Positions 51,203 to 64,000 of a DNA stretch of 64,000 nucleotides are shown here, one piece after another. The translations under genes were made by a program, and so were the position numbers. The stretch covers positions 620,001 to 684,000 of the forward strand of contig JBLWGC010000104.1 of NCBI GenBank assembly GCA_048772705.1, written 5' to 3'. How positions within the stretch are numbered: the first letter of the stretch is position 1; each line of letters opens with the position of its first letter. The notes under the pieces are model-generated. The model was not told where the DNA came from. It made no database searches and saw only the letters and a program-made list of their open reading frames with translations. This DNA comes from Leidyana gryllorum EB-2025a (Eukaryota > Protista > Apicomplexa).

Positions 51203-52778
51203 ATGCTCATACTGCTGGTCTTGGTCTTGTCAGGCCTGTCACTATGGTTATACGCCCGCCACCACTCGCGGGTGGGGCGTCATTACTATGTACTACATCC
51301 ACAGGCTGGAGCCGGTGGTGGGGGTGAGAAGTGCCTTTGGGCGTTGATGAGTCGACTGGGAGAGGTGGCCAAGAGAGAGCGTCAAGTTATATCTGCAACT
51401 TTGTTCGTGGACGGTCAAACTAGCTGTGATGCGACCTCTCTACTGTCCAAGGCGTCAAGCCACTTTGGAGTCGATCTCTCGATGTGGGATAGCCTCTTCA
51501 ATATTAGCATTGTGCCGCTGAGAAGTGGGATACTTCTCACGTATAAGTATCCGGCCCTCACAAGATTGCTGCAACTACTTTCAGGGGTGCTTGTTGGATT
51601 CGAAGCAGCGGTGAAGTCTCGAGGGGGTGGAAGTGACCCGATTCTGGACTTGAGTGGCTCTAACAGTGCCGCCACATCTTTGTGCCTCTTTACTTCGTTG
51701 GGTTTCCGGTCGTGTTGTGCCTACGTACATTGGCCTTTCACTTCACTGGAGGTCGTACGTGCGAGTCTTCGGGAGAATCCGAGCGGTTTCAGAGCTCACT
51801 ATGATGCCATCGTAGCTTTCTTTTACATATTGGTGGGTGGGAGACTACGACGACCCATACTGTTCAATTCCACGTTCACTGAGAAACGGCTGGCTGAAAT
51901 TTGGAAGCTGAAACCGCTGGACTATACGAAGGTCTACCCACCAGTGGAGCTGTTTGAGTCCTCGGACTTGACTCCCCAGAGTGATCGAAAAGACAAAGTG
52001 ATCTCTGTCAGTCAGTTCCGACGAGAAAAAGATCATTTTAAGCAAATCGATATAATTCGGGAGGCCATCTTCAACCACGTTCTGCCAGATCATGTTGAAT
52101 GGAGTATTTGTGGCAGTTGTCGGCCCAATGTCACTGACGATATCGAGTATCTCCACGAAGTGTACGAATACGCCAAGAAGCAATGTCCGGGCGACCGTTG
52201 CCGAGTGAGGATAGAGTTGAATGGCATGGAGACGGGGGAGACCAGGTTGGAGCCGGTGGCGGAAGAACTGGTCCCAGAGAAAGTTGTTCATGACGTTATC
52301 TTCAAGATCAATCTGCCATCCAAGCAGTTGCGGTCAGAGATTACTGAGAGCAAGGTGAGCTGGTGGAGGGGAGATTGATTTTGACGTGAGCGGTTCTCCC
52401 TGTGTGGATCAGGTTGCCCTACACACTATGAAGGATGAGCACTTTGGAATTGTGGTGGTAGATTTTGTCGGGGCAGGATGCTGGGTTGTAGCACATAATT
52501 CTGGTGGGCCACGGGACGACATTCTGCGAGGGCCTCAGGGTGACGAGAAGAGTTTGTTGTCCTCTGATGAGTCATCTTTGAGGTCAATTGGACATCTGGC
52601 AGACTCGACCGCAGACTTCGCTTTGGGCGTAGCAAAGGGGTTGATGGGGGACAAGGAGGTTGAATTGGCTCTGAAAGTGGGCCCGAAACTGTATCAGAAT
52701 CGCTTCTTCGGGGCGCAGAAGTATGCGGATCAGCTCATAGAATTGTGGGGATTGTTGGGTGAGAGGAAAGAGCAATGA
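51203..52778 (+). CDS. ALG11: GDP-Man:Man3GlcNAc2-PP-Dol alpha-1,2-mannosyltransferase, 2 exons
   Basis: N-terminal TM segment, HPQAGAGGGGEKCLW, YVHWP, NSTFT, VYPP, SVSQFRREKDH, LHTMKDEHFGIVVV, AHNSGGP. Intron 52354-52412. Confidence 0.92.
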
Positions 52779-55700
52779 AAAAAACCCCGCTTACTCCGCG
52801 TGAAGCCTTTGAGCATCTCCGGCGCCTGAGTAGTCTAACATGTCCACCCCTACAGCGCCGAGCGGCCATAGACAGGCTGAGTGAGATCGCGGATATGCTC
52901 GGCACAGAACGTGTCAAACGGGAACTTCTACCATATCTGAGTGGTAGGCAATGAGAGGACACGTTCATTCGAGAGCACACTCCTCCTCCCACTCATCGAT
53001 CAGACCTCATCGAGAGTCAGCCCGAGTTTCCTCTATATCCATTCGCCGCTCCCGATGATGCGATCGATCCTCCGAGCAATCACCCTTTATATGAATTGCT
53101 GGAGAATAGGCGACGACCGCCACTACCAGCCCTGTCGGTAACGCCAGAAGGCCGACAAATTCTCAGCAAATGCGGCACCACGGCGTCGGACTTCGACTAC
53201 ATATTGGAATCTATAGCGAAACAGCTACCCCACTTCATCCTACCAGTTTTATTCGATGTGGAAGGCTTGGGGACGCTGGGTACGTTTTCTTCTTGAGGCT
53301 ATGCGTAGTGCGGATATTCGCTCTTGTCGCAGTAAATATATACATGAACTTGATCTGCTGCCCCGAAATGTCTGTCCGACTTGAAGCGGTGAAAGGCTTA
53401 GTCGGTATCATAAGTTGTACGGAGGACGAAGTTGGCATACGACCAGGTGTCATAGAAACAGTGGTGACTCTGGCCACGTCCGACATGTAGGGGACCACAC
53501 TCTGTCGTCACTGCCTATTCGAATCTATTCATTGTCGCAGACCTGTGCCGTACGTAGCGTACAAACGTGCTTCGATAGCGTACGTAATCGCGCCAATCTT
53601 GAATCACTTCAATCACCGGGCGGATGTCGCTTGTTGGCCGCTACAAGTTGAATTGTGCAAGTGAGCTCTTTCTGGCACCCCGACACGGAGGGAGACACAC
53701 GATTTCCGCACTATTTCAGACACTACTTTGACATCGTCCAGGCTGGGCATCCGACTATTTTGAGACGAGCTTACGCTGTTAACTTCCCCGTGAGCCTTTG
53801 ATTGACCAGTCAAGGCGTGGAAACTGAAACGCGGACCTGACAGATGGTACTGACAGCGCTAGCGGCTCGGATGCAGAGGGCGAAGCGGAGAGACGATTTT
53901 CCGCTCGCTCTAGAAGGTTTGGTGGACAAACCTGACAATGTAATGTCTAACGTCCTACGTCCATTGGGTTTGGAGCGGTGGGAGCTTGAAGTGTGTTGGG
54001 GTCCCTGGAGTTTCTTGCTCGACGCGGCGGTAAGAAGCGGTTGACTGGAGGTATCACTATGCTCAAAGGGGAATCCTGTTTCGGGCAGATGGGCCGATTT
54101 GAAGAATATGGCAGTACCAATGGCAGTAAATGTTTTGATGCTTTACTTCAATCGGTGGGTGAAGGCTGACCTGGACGATCTGGATTGTTTTCCGACGCTG
54201 AAAACTTTGATGAGGGAACCTCACGCCCCGTTCCTGAAGCACCAACACCCACAGTTCGTGGAGGGAGAGCGGACTGCTTGGACTTGCACGAGATGTTGGT
54301 TCGGCTTCACACAATCTTCGCTAGTAGAAGGGGTCTTCTCGCTGGCGATATCTAATACCTTCGCCAATATGTTCCACAGTTACCACGGTTTGACGGGACG
54401 GCTACATCTGTCCAAGGCGGCAGAGAGTGGGCTTCACAAATACAAACGGTTCGTCAGTGACTGGGCGGTACCAATTTTCAATCGTGCGATCTGTGAGTCC
54501 GTCAAGTCTCTTCAAATGGTACTCTCTCCCCCCGACAGTGGAAGACTCGCCCTCGCGAGCGCAAATTATGGACGCAATGCCTTTCCTCATTGAGCTCTTC
54601 ATTTCATTCCTTCCCTATAAAGAGGCTGTGGACTTCTTAGAAAAAGCGTGGCTGGTGGCACTGGTGGAAGACGAGAATGTGAGGACCCCTCACTCTCTCC
54701 TCCCACATCTTCTTCTCTCCAGGCGGATGTCCGGTTCGCCGGTATTCAAAGACTTCCCATCACCAGTTGGACGTACAGTCAGTCCTGCTGCCGAATGCTT
54801 TTGGAACCCGGCAACACCCCGACTAACTCGGACACTATCACCCCCTTTGATCTCGCGAGAAATACTCCTCCCATGACTCTCAGTGACCTCCGACACTTTG
54901 TCGAGAGAGTGGGCGCTATTCTCCAAGCTGCAAGCAATGATGAAGAGCTGCGATTGCAGTGTGAGCTCCGATACATCGCTTCTCTCTCTGCCAAACAGCT
55001 TCGCAGTGGTCGCTGGCGAGTGTGCCGTAGCGCTCATGGCCTCCGTGAAGGATCCAAAAGTCTTCGCTGAACATCTGACCTCGGCTTACGTGAATCTGCT
55101 GGTGTAAGTCCTGCTGCCACTCGCCGCAATCTAATCTTAAACCACAGAGATCGTACCCTGCCAGTCAAACTGGATGCTCTGGCAACTTTGCGGCTGCTAA
55201 CGACCATTGAGACGCCATCGGAGGCGGCTGATATCCTCTCTTTGGGTCCTCGACCACCTGCAGGGCTCGCTAATCCTATATCTCCCCCCCTAATGTTGGA
55301 TCAATTCGTTCCCTTTGACGCAAAGACCACTCTGAATCGTCTTGAAGACGCTCGAGCCGTTTATGAGGCCGCCAATAATCTTGCACTGCCCGTGATCTCC
55401 GATTGTTTGACCGCTGTCGCATCTGTCGCCATTCAAGGCGAAGGTACTGTCGACGTCCCACATTGGAGAATTCGATGTGGAATGTTGCACCTTTTGCCAA
55501 CTATGGACAAGTTATTCAGCCTCAGTGAAGCCATAATAGTAAGTCCATTCTCTATTTTCGTAAGAGTTTATTGCTTCCACAGAAACGTCAGTCACCCGGC
55601 CAACTCAGTATGGAGCATTATGAGAGATATCTGCAATGTTTCCGAGGGTGTCTGCACGATCGAGGTGAGCAGCATAACCCGTGTCTCCTTTTCAGAAACG

Positions 55701-56177
55701 TGTGTGTCTCAGCGGCCACGGCAGTGCAGAAGTGCGCAGCTGAGGTGCTCGTGCAACTGGGAAAGGTCAGTGATCACTGTGTTGGGTTTATACATTGGAA
55801 TCTCATCTAACAGAGCGCTTATCCGGGATTCGTGGAGGAAGTTACCCGACCGATCTACGATTTGATCCTAGCGGGATCGGCATCAATCACTGTGCGTCAT
55901 GTGGCACACTATGTTGGCATGGTAATATCGCACTCATCCATTCTCTTCCTGTCAAGTTCCTCAGGCTTTGTATGAAGCGTTGCGGAGCACAAATGGCAGT
56001 TTGCAGAAGGCTGCATTGATGGCCCAATTGAAGAAATGGGGATGGAATAGTGAGATTTTCAAGCTGATGATGCGGGTGAACGAGATGATGCAAGCTGAAC
56101 GAGTGGGTCCGTTGCGTGTAGCGGCGACTGGAGTGGTGGAAAGGATGTCTTCGTTGGTCGGGGAGAAGGTATGGTAG
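52775..56177 (+). CDS. PP2A scaffold A-like / PP4R1-like HEAT-repeat protein, multi-exon
   Basis: The first exon (not in the ORF track) encodes RRAAIDRLSEIADMLGTERVKRELLPYL, matching PP2A-A HEAT1. Later motifs EMSVRLEAVKGL and PHWRIRCGML...P. Many GT-AG introns. Confidence 0.7.
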
Positions 56178-56180
56178 TTA

Positions 56181-59100
56181 CTAGCTGCTGCTCTTTGGGT
56201 CGGGAGAAGGGGTTGTGGATGTGGTGGTGCTTTGAGGGACTGCTGGTCGGGGTGGAGGAGTGTTCTGTGACTCTAAATGCTGATGAAGGAGAATGCGGAT
56301 ACCCGATGGCGGAGTTTGATTAACTGTTGAGGGGACTTTTTCAGTTGACAACCGCCGATCGTTGCGTCTGACCAGTGCTTCCAGGGCGTCTTCCGGTTCT
56401 TCCACCGGCTTAATCAAACTGGGCAAGTAGTAGTCAGCAGCTGAGGCAGTAGTCAACCGACTCAGGTTCGTACGGAAGGGTACTGCATCCAAACGAACTT
56501 TTTTCGTTGGAGACAGATTGAGAGGCCCTTCGGGGGAGTTTGATTCGCTTGCGGCAGATGCCGTGGGGGTGGATGTTCGAGCCCGTCCTGGATTATCCGT
56601 TGTTTGGGACAACTCACCACATTGCTGCAACTTACGCTTGAGCAACCCCATGCCACCTTGTGTGGGCAGACTTTTGGCCCCTTGGCCCCGATTGTCGCGA
56701 GTTGCTAATTTATGCGGCGCGTGCTGGCTGCTGGCAGCCGCGGCAACCAGGGAGTGAGGGGAAGCATTCACTTGGGCTCGTTGCAGGAGCTTTCCGAAGG
56801 TATCGATACCACAGTATGTAGTATACATTTCATTCAGCTCTGTGAACATGGGTAGGTTTCGTTCGACCAGTTGTCTGGTTAGAAGCTTTGTCTCTTCGTG
56901 ATTGCGGAGAATAGCCCCAAAGAGATCCAGGAGGGCGGCTTCTAGCGCACTGCCTTGATGTTTGCGTTTCTCAAATACGATGGCAGAATATGTGTCGCTC
57001 TCCGTGCTGGCTGGAGAGTCGCTTATGCGTTCGTGGGAGGGTGTCCAGAATCTCTTCTTGGACCGATGCACCGCAGACCGGTCCTCAAACATACTCACAC
57101 TGGCTTCATCACTTGACGTTCCAGTGAAATCTGTCAGTTCCACCTCTGTCTCAGATTCCGAGTCACTTCGGGCTGCCTGATCTGCCAGTGCATTGAGATC
57201 AGTGGGTCCCAACATGACGACCAAACTTGATACGGGATCTTTGGGAGTGCCATATCGTACGGTTGGTTCTTGATCGACCGCGAAGATCTTAATAAACTTG
57301 GTGGTATTGAGCACTAACGCCTTGAGCCCCTGTCCGAGGGGACGTCTGCGGGACTTGCGCTGTACGCTCAATACCATTTGGACCAGTCGTTGCTGGAGAT
57401 GGCTATGGACGAACCGATAGTTCATACGGCTGCTCTGTTTCAAGCGACTGCAATGGCACAATAGCGACAGAATTTGAGATTTGGCGAAAAGCCTTCCTTC
57501 GACCTCTGGGCCATTTGGCAGAGGTTCGAGGAGTATCTCGATGAGTGTATCCAGGATACCCTTGTCGAAGAACATTTCAAGTACATCCGCTTGCTCCATG
57601 TCGTTGCTGAACACGTCGGACTTGAGGAAGTTCTTATAGGTCTCAGCAATTTGCACCAGAACGGCATGATTGTTGGAGGTCTGGAGCACGCGAGTCAGTG
57701 CCAACCATAAGGTCGGAGACCGTGTCTGGCTAAGCTCACTACTCGCCAGAAAGGCTTGATGGACATGTCTCGGACACAGATTCGAGCAGATGTGGAAAAT
57801 CTCGGCAGCTAGGGTCACCGGCCTTAGACTCTCATAGTGATTGGCAGAGCTGAATAGGCCAAAGTCGACTTGGCGGTGTACTCGTCGCATCTCTTGCAGC
57901 TCGGCGTGCTGTGCTTCCCAAGCACGGACAGCATCACAGTCGCCGGTAAAGTACCCCTCCAGTCCCAAGAGAGTATTGGGGTTCGCGATGGCTTGCACTC
58001 CAATCGGCCCTCGTTCGGGTAAGTTCAAACCCATCGTTTTCATTCCCCTTAACATCTGTAGAAGGAAGTGGCATACATTAACCGAGTTCGGGATGGCCTG
58101 CTGCATCTTGGACACACAGTTACGATCCGACTTTAGTACTCGACATAGGAATACATTCAAAGAGCCGATCAATAATGTTATACGCTGAGATTGAGGGGAG
58201 AGTGAGATTCTGGAACTGCTCCCCCAACGCAAAGCTTACATTGATAGCGGCGTCGTCCAACATTCGGGGGAGTACCACATCTCGAACATAGCTGAGACGG
58301 GCTATCCAGGACAGAGTGGCACTGAAAAGTCGCCGTTCCGGACCGGACCCCATACACTGCAGCAGGATCTCTTCCCCAGTGAATGTCATCTGCTTCTGCC
58401 AGAATTGCACATGGGGAATCACTACGTGTTGACTCTGTTGTTGAGGTAGTCCTGTCGAGAGGTCGATCAATACTGTGGAGGTAACGTCCCTTTCCAACTT
58501 ACTCTCGAGTGTTAAGAGGGTGTTACCAAAATGGTAATTGCTCATCAGCAGACAGATGGGATCGAGATAGTTATACATCCAACTCGGCAGCCCCAATTGC
58601 TCCGCAGCAGCCGCGAGACCCGCCCAATCCTCTTTCACGTACTCGTGGCGCACATGCAGTGACGGTCCGACAATGGGAACGGGATCCAGTACCATATCTG
58701 TGGTGTCTTCGTTCTCCAACTCGAAAGCCCAACTCATAAAGGGCGCCAGCTGCTCCACAGGCAGTATTTGTGCCGAACGAAGACGGCATCCCACATTGAC
58801 TGAGCCAAAGTTTCTAAGTGACAACACCTCGTTCTCACCTAATCGAATCAGTAACTCGGAAGCCCGAAGCAGCGTGACCTCGTCGTTGGCTGCGACAGCG
58901 GTGTTCACCAGTGACCAGAGTGAATCGAGCCACGACGGTCGCATGAGGGAGTTGACCAATGACCGAGCAGCAATGAGGGGTGTGTCAGCCGAGGGTCGAA
59001 GACGTTGCCGTAAGCCACCCTGCTGAAACATCGTGAAGAACGAGTCTTCGAGAGCCTTAAGATTCCCGATATACTCTGTCAAGTTGCAGGTTCGCGCCTC

Positions 59101-60091
59101 ACAAATGCGCAGAAACTCCAAAGTATCCGACACAATGGTACCCGAAATGGGACCCGACTGGCTGACACCCTCCTCCTCCTCCTCCAGTTCCAAACCGTTC
59201 TCCCCAGTCGGTGATAGAGGGCCGGAGGGCCGGAAGAGGTCAGCCGCCTCTTCAAAGGCCTGCTGATCCTTGAAGGAATAAGCAACGAAACTGTCGGGCC
59301 CTTTGAGATACAGCACACCTGCAAACGAAAGCGTATAGGAGTATTTGAGATCTCTCTGCTTAGTCATAAGTACCTTCTTGGGCTGCATGGAACTTGAAGT
59401 TACTCAAATCGATGGTGTGAAGCTGTATTTCCTCCTCTGCCGCACCTCTGTTCTCCTCGTCTCCGAGTTCCGTCGAAGGGATATCCTCCGATGCATCTTG
59501 CAGGGGTGACTTGATGTTGGCAGCAGCCGCGGCCACTAAGGCCTGTTCATCCTCATCGAGCATATCAGCCGTTAGATGGCACTTTGGGGGCGGAGTGGCA
59601 ATGTTGTCGGAGTCTGGTGTCGGCGAAGTGGGTGTCTCATCCTCTTCTTCGCCTTCGCCTTGGCCCTCGGCCTCGCGTTCGCCGTCTGTTGGCCCCTCTG
59701 CACCGTGGGGCGGCGTTTTGACACTGTATGTTAGCTCCCTGGAGGAGTCTTCTTCTTCTCGTTCGTCTGGTGAGGACGGCGAATTATTATTAGTGTCATC
59801 GTCGTCGATGTCCTCCTTTGAAGCGGAGTCGTCCAGACCCATGGCGATGGCATGAGCCCGTTGTGCTACCTGGAGCGCATTATGCTCCTCTTGCTGTCGA
59901 GCTTGAACTTGAGCGATGATCTGTTGCGGTAGACTATTGAGTACAATAAGTTTTGGTGACTCATTATCAACATGGACCCGTAGCAGGGCCCCAGTGCCTA
60001 CGGTCGCCCAGTCATCCGACTGAGTTGGACAAACCTGAACTTTGACCTCCTCTGCCAAAATCCTACATGGCTCTCCCTCAGCCACGCCCAT
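56181..60091 (-). CDS. PP4 regulatory subunit 3 (SMEK/Psy2)-like protein, multi-exon
   Basis: EVH1-like start VKVQV......W...GTG, VAYSFKDQ and SMK-1 motif ARLSYVRDVVLPRMLDD. ATG at 60091. Confidence 0.75.
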
Positions 60092-60110
60092 CGTGTGGTT
60101 TTTTTGAATG

Positions 60111-63100
60111 TCACCCCGCAAATAACCTCCTCAACTCGTTGATGTTCCACGCTTTCGTCGACGCTGCACTAACTCCACCGCCGGCATCCAGCACCGATCT
60201 GTATACAGCAATGGAAATGACCCGTTGGTGGGTGTGTTAATTATCACTCACTTGGCTTGCGAGTCCTTAAACTCGTGCATTCTCAGTATCCTTTCCTCGA
60301 TGGAATCCCTCACATACAGCCTGAAGATAGTCACCGGCAACGTTTGTCCAATCCGATGCACCCGATGCATCGCCTGCTCCTCGGTCGCCGGGTTCCACCA
60401 GCTGTCCATCAAGAAGAGATAAGCTGCGGATGTCAGATTCAGACCAACACCTCCGGCTTTCAAAGAGGCCAACAGCACCCGGGCGTCACCCTCAAAAGGA
60501 GCACCCGGCGAACTCTCATCCGACATTTCGCCACTCTCCTCGAAATCAACGTCAAGCCGCCGCTCAGCGTTCATCTTTGAGGACGGGGGCATGTTGAAGA
60601 GGTCTTCGGCTGACAACGGGTCGGCTTTGTAAGGCACAGTCGGGGGTGCTGTGAAGACCTCAACTTCTTGTCGCCGCTTCTCGGCGCTCTGAGACCCATC
60701 TAACCGGGAAAATGGTATCTGCCAGAGGACTCAGAATGCGGAGTCACACAGTCTGGGGACGACTAACCTTTCTCCACTTTAGCATCTCCTGAATGACATC
60801 GAGATACGTCACCCATTGGGAGAACACCACCACTCGGTACCCCAGCGGCAGAATTCGACGAAGCATCTCGTCCAGACATTTGAGCTTTGAGCTAAAGTTA
60901 AAGTCGCCGCTTTCCGAGAAACACAGACGCTTCAGCATCACAGGCCACACTTGCTCCTCTTCTTGCACAGCCTGGAGCTCTTGCATCGTTAAGGCCGAGA
61001 ATTGTGTCCGACAGACCGGACACGGGGCCACTTTGACCTGTCTCCGGGGCAGTGCAACTGCGCCCGTTGCACCCGTCGGTACCGCCGCCGTAAGCCGAGA
61101 CAGAGTGAGCGCTCGCCCTGCACACTCCTTACACATCACATGACCACAGTGTGTCAAGACCGGCAACTCCCTGAAAGCAGAGTGGGTGGAGATGATAGCG
61201 ACCGACTGCATGGCAACTTACGGTGTATCCATACAGATGGGACAGGTTTCAGTGGCTGTCTCGTCTGTTGACTTGTCGAGGGTACCCGCTGCCTTCCTCG
61301 GGGCAAAGCGACGGATTTGCTTTCGGATGAAGGCTTCGGTATCAGTGTCCGTCTTTCCACAATGAGTTGCGAGAGACTTGGCGAACTGCTTCACTGTGTT
61401 CTCAATATCGGCCTCCGATCTTATGGGCCCCAACAGCGTATTGGCGTTGGATGCTGTCCCAGAGTATACAAGTATGGGGTGACAACAGGCTTGTCTGAGC
61501 CTCAAAAGCAGCTGGAGTACTGAAGTATAATTCTTCGACACCAATCCCTCAGCGACGAAACTGTTAAACTCCGATTGAGCGCGACTGAAGATCGCTTTGT
61601 AAAAGTCTCTCTCAGTCTCACTCTGGGGTATCTGTGACTGAAAGACACTTTAAACACCTGAAAGCTTACAAATTGCAGCCAGACGGCTAAGATTGTCTTG
61701 GGCGGCAGTGTTAGAATTGGTTTGTTAGTTTCCGGGTCGATGGTTTTGATGGTTCGTCGGAGTAACAGTCCTCGGGTGACGAGCTGAACCTTCTGAGCGG
61801 CTTCCGATGGCTCTGCCGACGTCAATTTGATCCACCAGGACCAATGTCCCCAAGGCTCCATCTTCAGAAAATGGAATAATGAGAAAACATCATTCAAAGT
61901 ATTCTGGATGGGTGTCGCAGTCAAACACCATCTCCGCTCAGCTTGAAGGGCATAAATCGCACGAGCGGTTCGTGTGTGACGAGACTTGATGAAATGAGCC
62001 TCGTCCAAAACCACTCGTCGCCAACGAATTTGGAACAGAGGACTTCGCGGATTTGAGCTCTCCGACAAAACGGTGCCATATGTTGTCAGAACGATATCGG
62101 CCGTGTTACAGAGGTACGACAATGATTTGGAACGCTCAGTCGAGTAATAGTGATGCACCTTGAGATCGAGTCTGCAAAAAACAAAGGTGTTCAGATCTCT
62201 GCCAAGAGAGCACAAACTCACTTTGCGTTACAATTGAAGTGACGCTCAATTTCAGACGCCCACTGTGCTATGAGACTAAGAGGCATTACGATTACTGTCC
62301 CGCCGTTCCACTGATGATTCTGTTGGGAACTTCGCCTCCAGGCTCTACCCATAGTCTTGGCGTCAAAGTCCCGGGATATAACACTGAGCATTTCCACCGT
62401 CTTGCCTAAGCCCATCTCATCAGCCAGAATTCCGCCAAAGCAGTCACTCTTCGCTTCTGGCGCGTCGAGTTGTAACTCGCCCGACATGTGATTCACAAAC
62501 AAAGCGCGACTGGAGTCTGGGATCGTAAACTCGTCCCACATGGGATGGATTACTTCTTCGTGCCGCGGGGTACCGACGTCAGCCCAGATGTCTTCCTCTC
62601 GTTTTTGCATCCAATTGAAGGCAATCAATTGATATCGCCTCAAAGATGTCCGGAATACCCGCGCGTCGGGTGACAACGGACAGTCTGTCGTCCCATCCTC
62701 CATGGTGCCCGTGCCGAATACTTCGTTATTCTTTCTCTGCATCTCGTCCGCATCCAATTGTGCGTCGTCCGCCTCAGCCGGTTCTGGCAGATTTGACCCA
62801 TTCGCGTTCTCGGAGTCCGGGTCATTGGCCAATTCGATCTCTTCTGGTGCGCCATCGGCCCCGCCGCCAGTCAATGACCATAAAACTGAGGCTTTCGTTG
62901 GCTTCCATTTGAGCACCCGGCTGAACAGACCCATAATGGCATTGCGAAGGACAGCCTGTGCTTCTCCAATCAACAACTCGACAAACAGATGCTGTTGCAG
63001 AGCGAATGGACTCAGCCAAACATCTACCTGCAGCTTGAACTGACCACCCAGTTCCAGCCCCAGAGGAGGCGAATCCGTCAACTTGAAACTTATATGTGCC

Positions 63101-64000
63101 AACCGCAGGGCCAGCAACACCGATATAGTATTCGACACGTCCGCCTCAACCTTACCCAAGTCTCGACCTTTGTACATCACCCGAACAAACGCATTGCCCG
63201 AGAACGATCCAAAGGAGGAATTGCCAACAAACTCTGACTTTTTAACAGCGCCCCCAACGGCAAACCGCTTCGACGGTGCGATCAGTAGGAGAACACACGA
63301 CATGAGATCTTCGGGACGGTTGGAAACCAGTTGAGTAGCCACATAGCTTTCAAATGTGAGGCCCTTCAAGCCCCCAGTGCCATCTTCCAAGACTACCGCT
63401 CCTTTCTTCTCAACCGCACCTTTCTTAGGCGAGGCCGCTGTCCCCGTACTGAGGCGTCTCAAGCGGTCTGCGCAACGCTTCAACAAGTCCTTAGCCTCCA
63501 CTCCAATGAGAGGTTCAGGCTTCTCGGAGTCCAGCGTCACCCGCAGTAATGTACCCGTGGTGATGGCCGATCGCCCATTGATGCGCAAACTGCGTTTTGA
63601 CAGGAAACGGGGATAACTGATACTCATGTCGCACTCGAGTTGCTCCTACACGCCACAGTGACCACCCACCAAACGTAGACACACACGCGTTACCACTCAC
63701 CCCAGCCTGCCATGTCTGGACTCCTCGTGTGTTCGAGGCACATTCTAACTGTGATCGTCCCAAATAGAGCCACGATGTTAATATGGGGGCAGCCGCCACA
63801 TAAGTCTTGGATATCGGCTCTTCTGTTACTGGTAGCGGATGTGAAGGATTGAGTACTTTCGGCTGTTGTTTTGCTGGCTCAACACACCCCACATTTTCCA
63901 AAGCATCTGGCAGCAGTATACTCCATGGGGTTTCGCGATATATCTGTTCTATTATGTTTCATCCATCAACTATCACCGACCCACTGACCTCTGCCAAAGA
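60111..64000 (-). CDS. RAD5: RAD5/HLTF-like SNF2 ATPase with HIRAN-like and RING domains; 5' end beyond the window
   Basis: [56 protein letters not shown]...CGHVMC..C...[42 protein letters not shown]. Spliced stop at 60111-60113. Confidence 0.9.

Noticed and set aside
1-64000. Frameshifted pseudogenes, alternative genetic code or stop readthrough as the cause of ORF fragmentation
   Set aside because: The breaks I traced are bridged by short GT-AG introns that restore frame.
1-64000. tRNA, rRNA genes and mobile elements
   Set aside because: I recognised no cloverleaf, rRNA-length match, or transposase/RT motif by eye; tRNAscan-SE and RepeatMasker were not run.

Overview
Gene-dense eukaryotic nuclear DNA, not prokaryotic. 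The fragmented ORF track is explained by many short (about 35-60 nt) canonical GT-AG introns, and most intergenic spacers are only -19 to ~120 bp. Gene content (an apicomplexan-type myosin light chain, a secreted mucin-like protein, a FAS1 protein) suggests a compact alveolate parasite, possibly a gregarine-like apicomplexan; the taxon is an inference. I can support about 27 protein-coding genes, including ASCC3/Slh1, Ku70, a HERC-type HECT ligase, EBP1/PA2G4, GBP2, RRS1, RPAC2, RACK1, ALG11, a PP2A-A-like HEAT protein, PP4R3/SMEK, RAD5 and a 3-exon TMA7 that the ORF track missed. Most notable: (1) an intronless bacterial-type alanine racemase among intron-rich host genes (likely HGT); (2) a duplicated ~140-nt box C/D RNA next to RACK1, with two antisense elements to the 18S rRNA 3' major domain and a hairpin conserved in structure but not sequence; (3) an RCC1-repeat / IQGAP-like GRD-RGCT fusion; (4) an FMR1/FXR-like Agenet-KH protein; (5) a protein with aegerolysin/ET79-like repeats; (6) operon-like packing, including an ATGA stop/start overlap and a shared T-tract motif in tiny promoters. 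All homology calls come from motif recognition, with no database searches. Exon boundaries were traced by hand and outer coordinates are approximate where stated.
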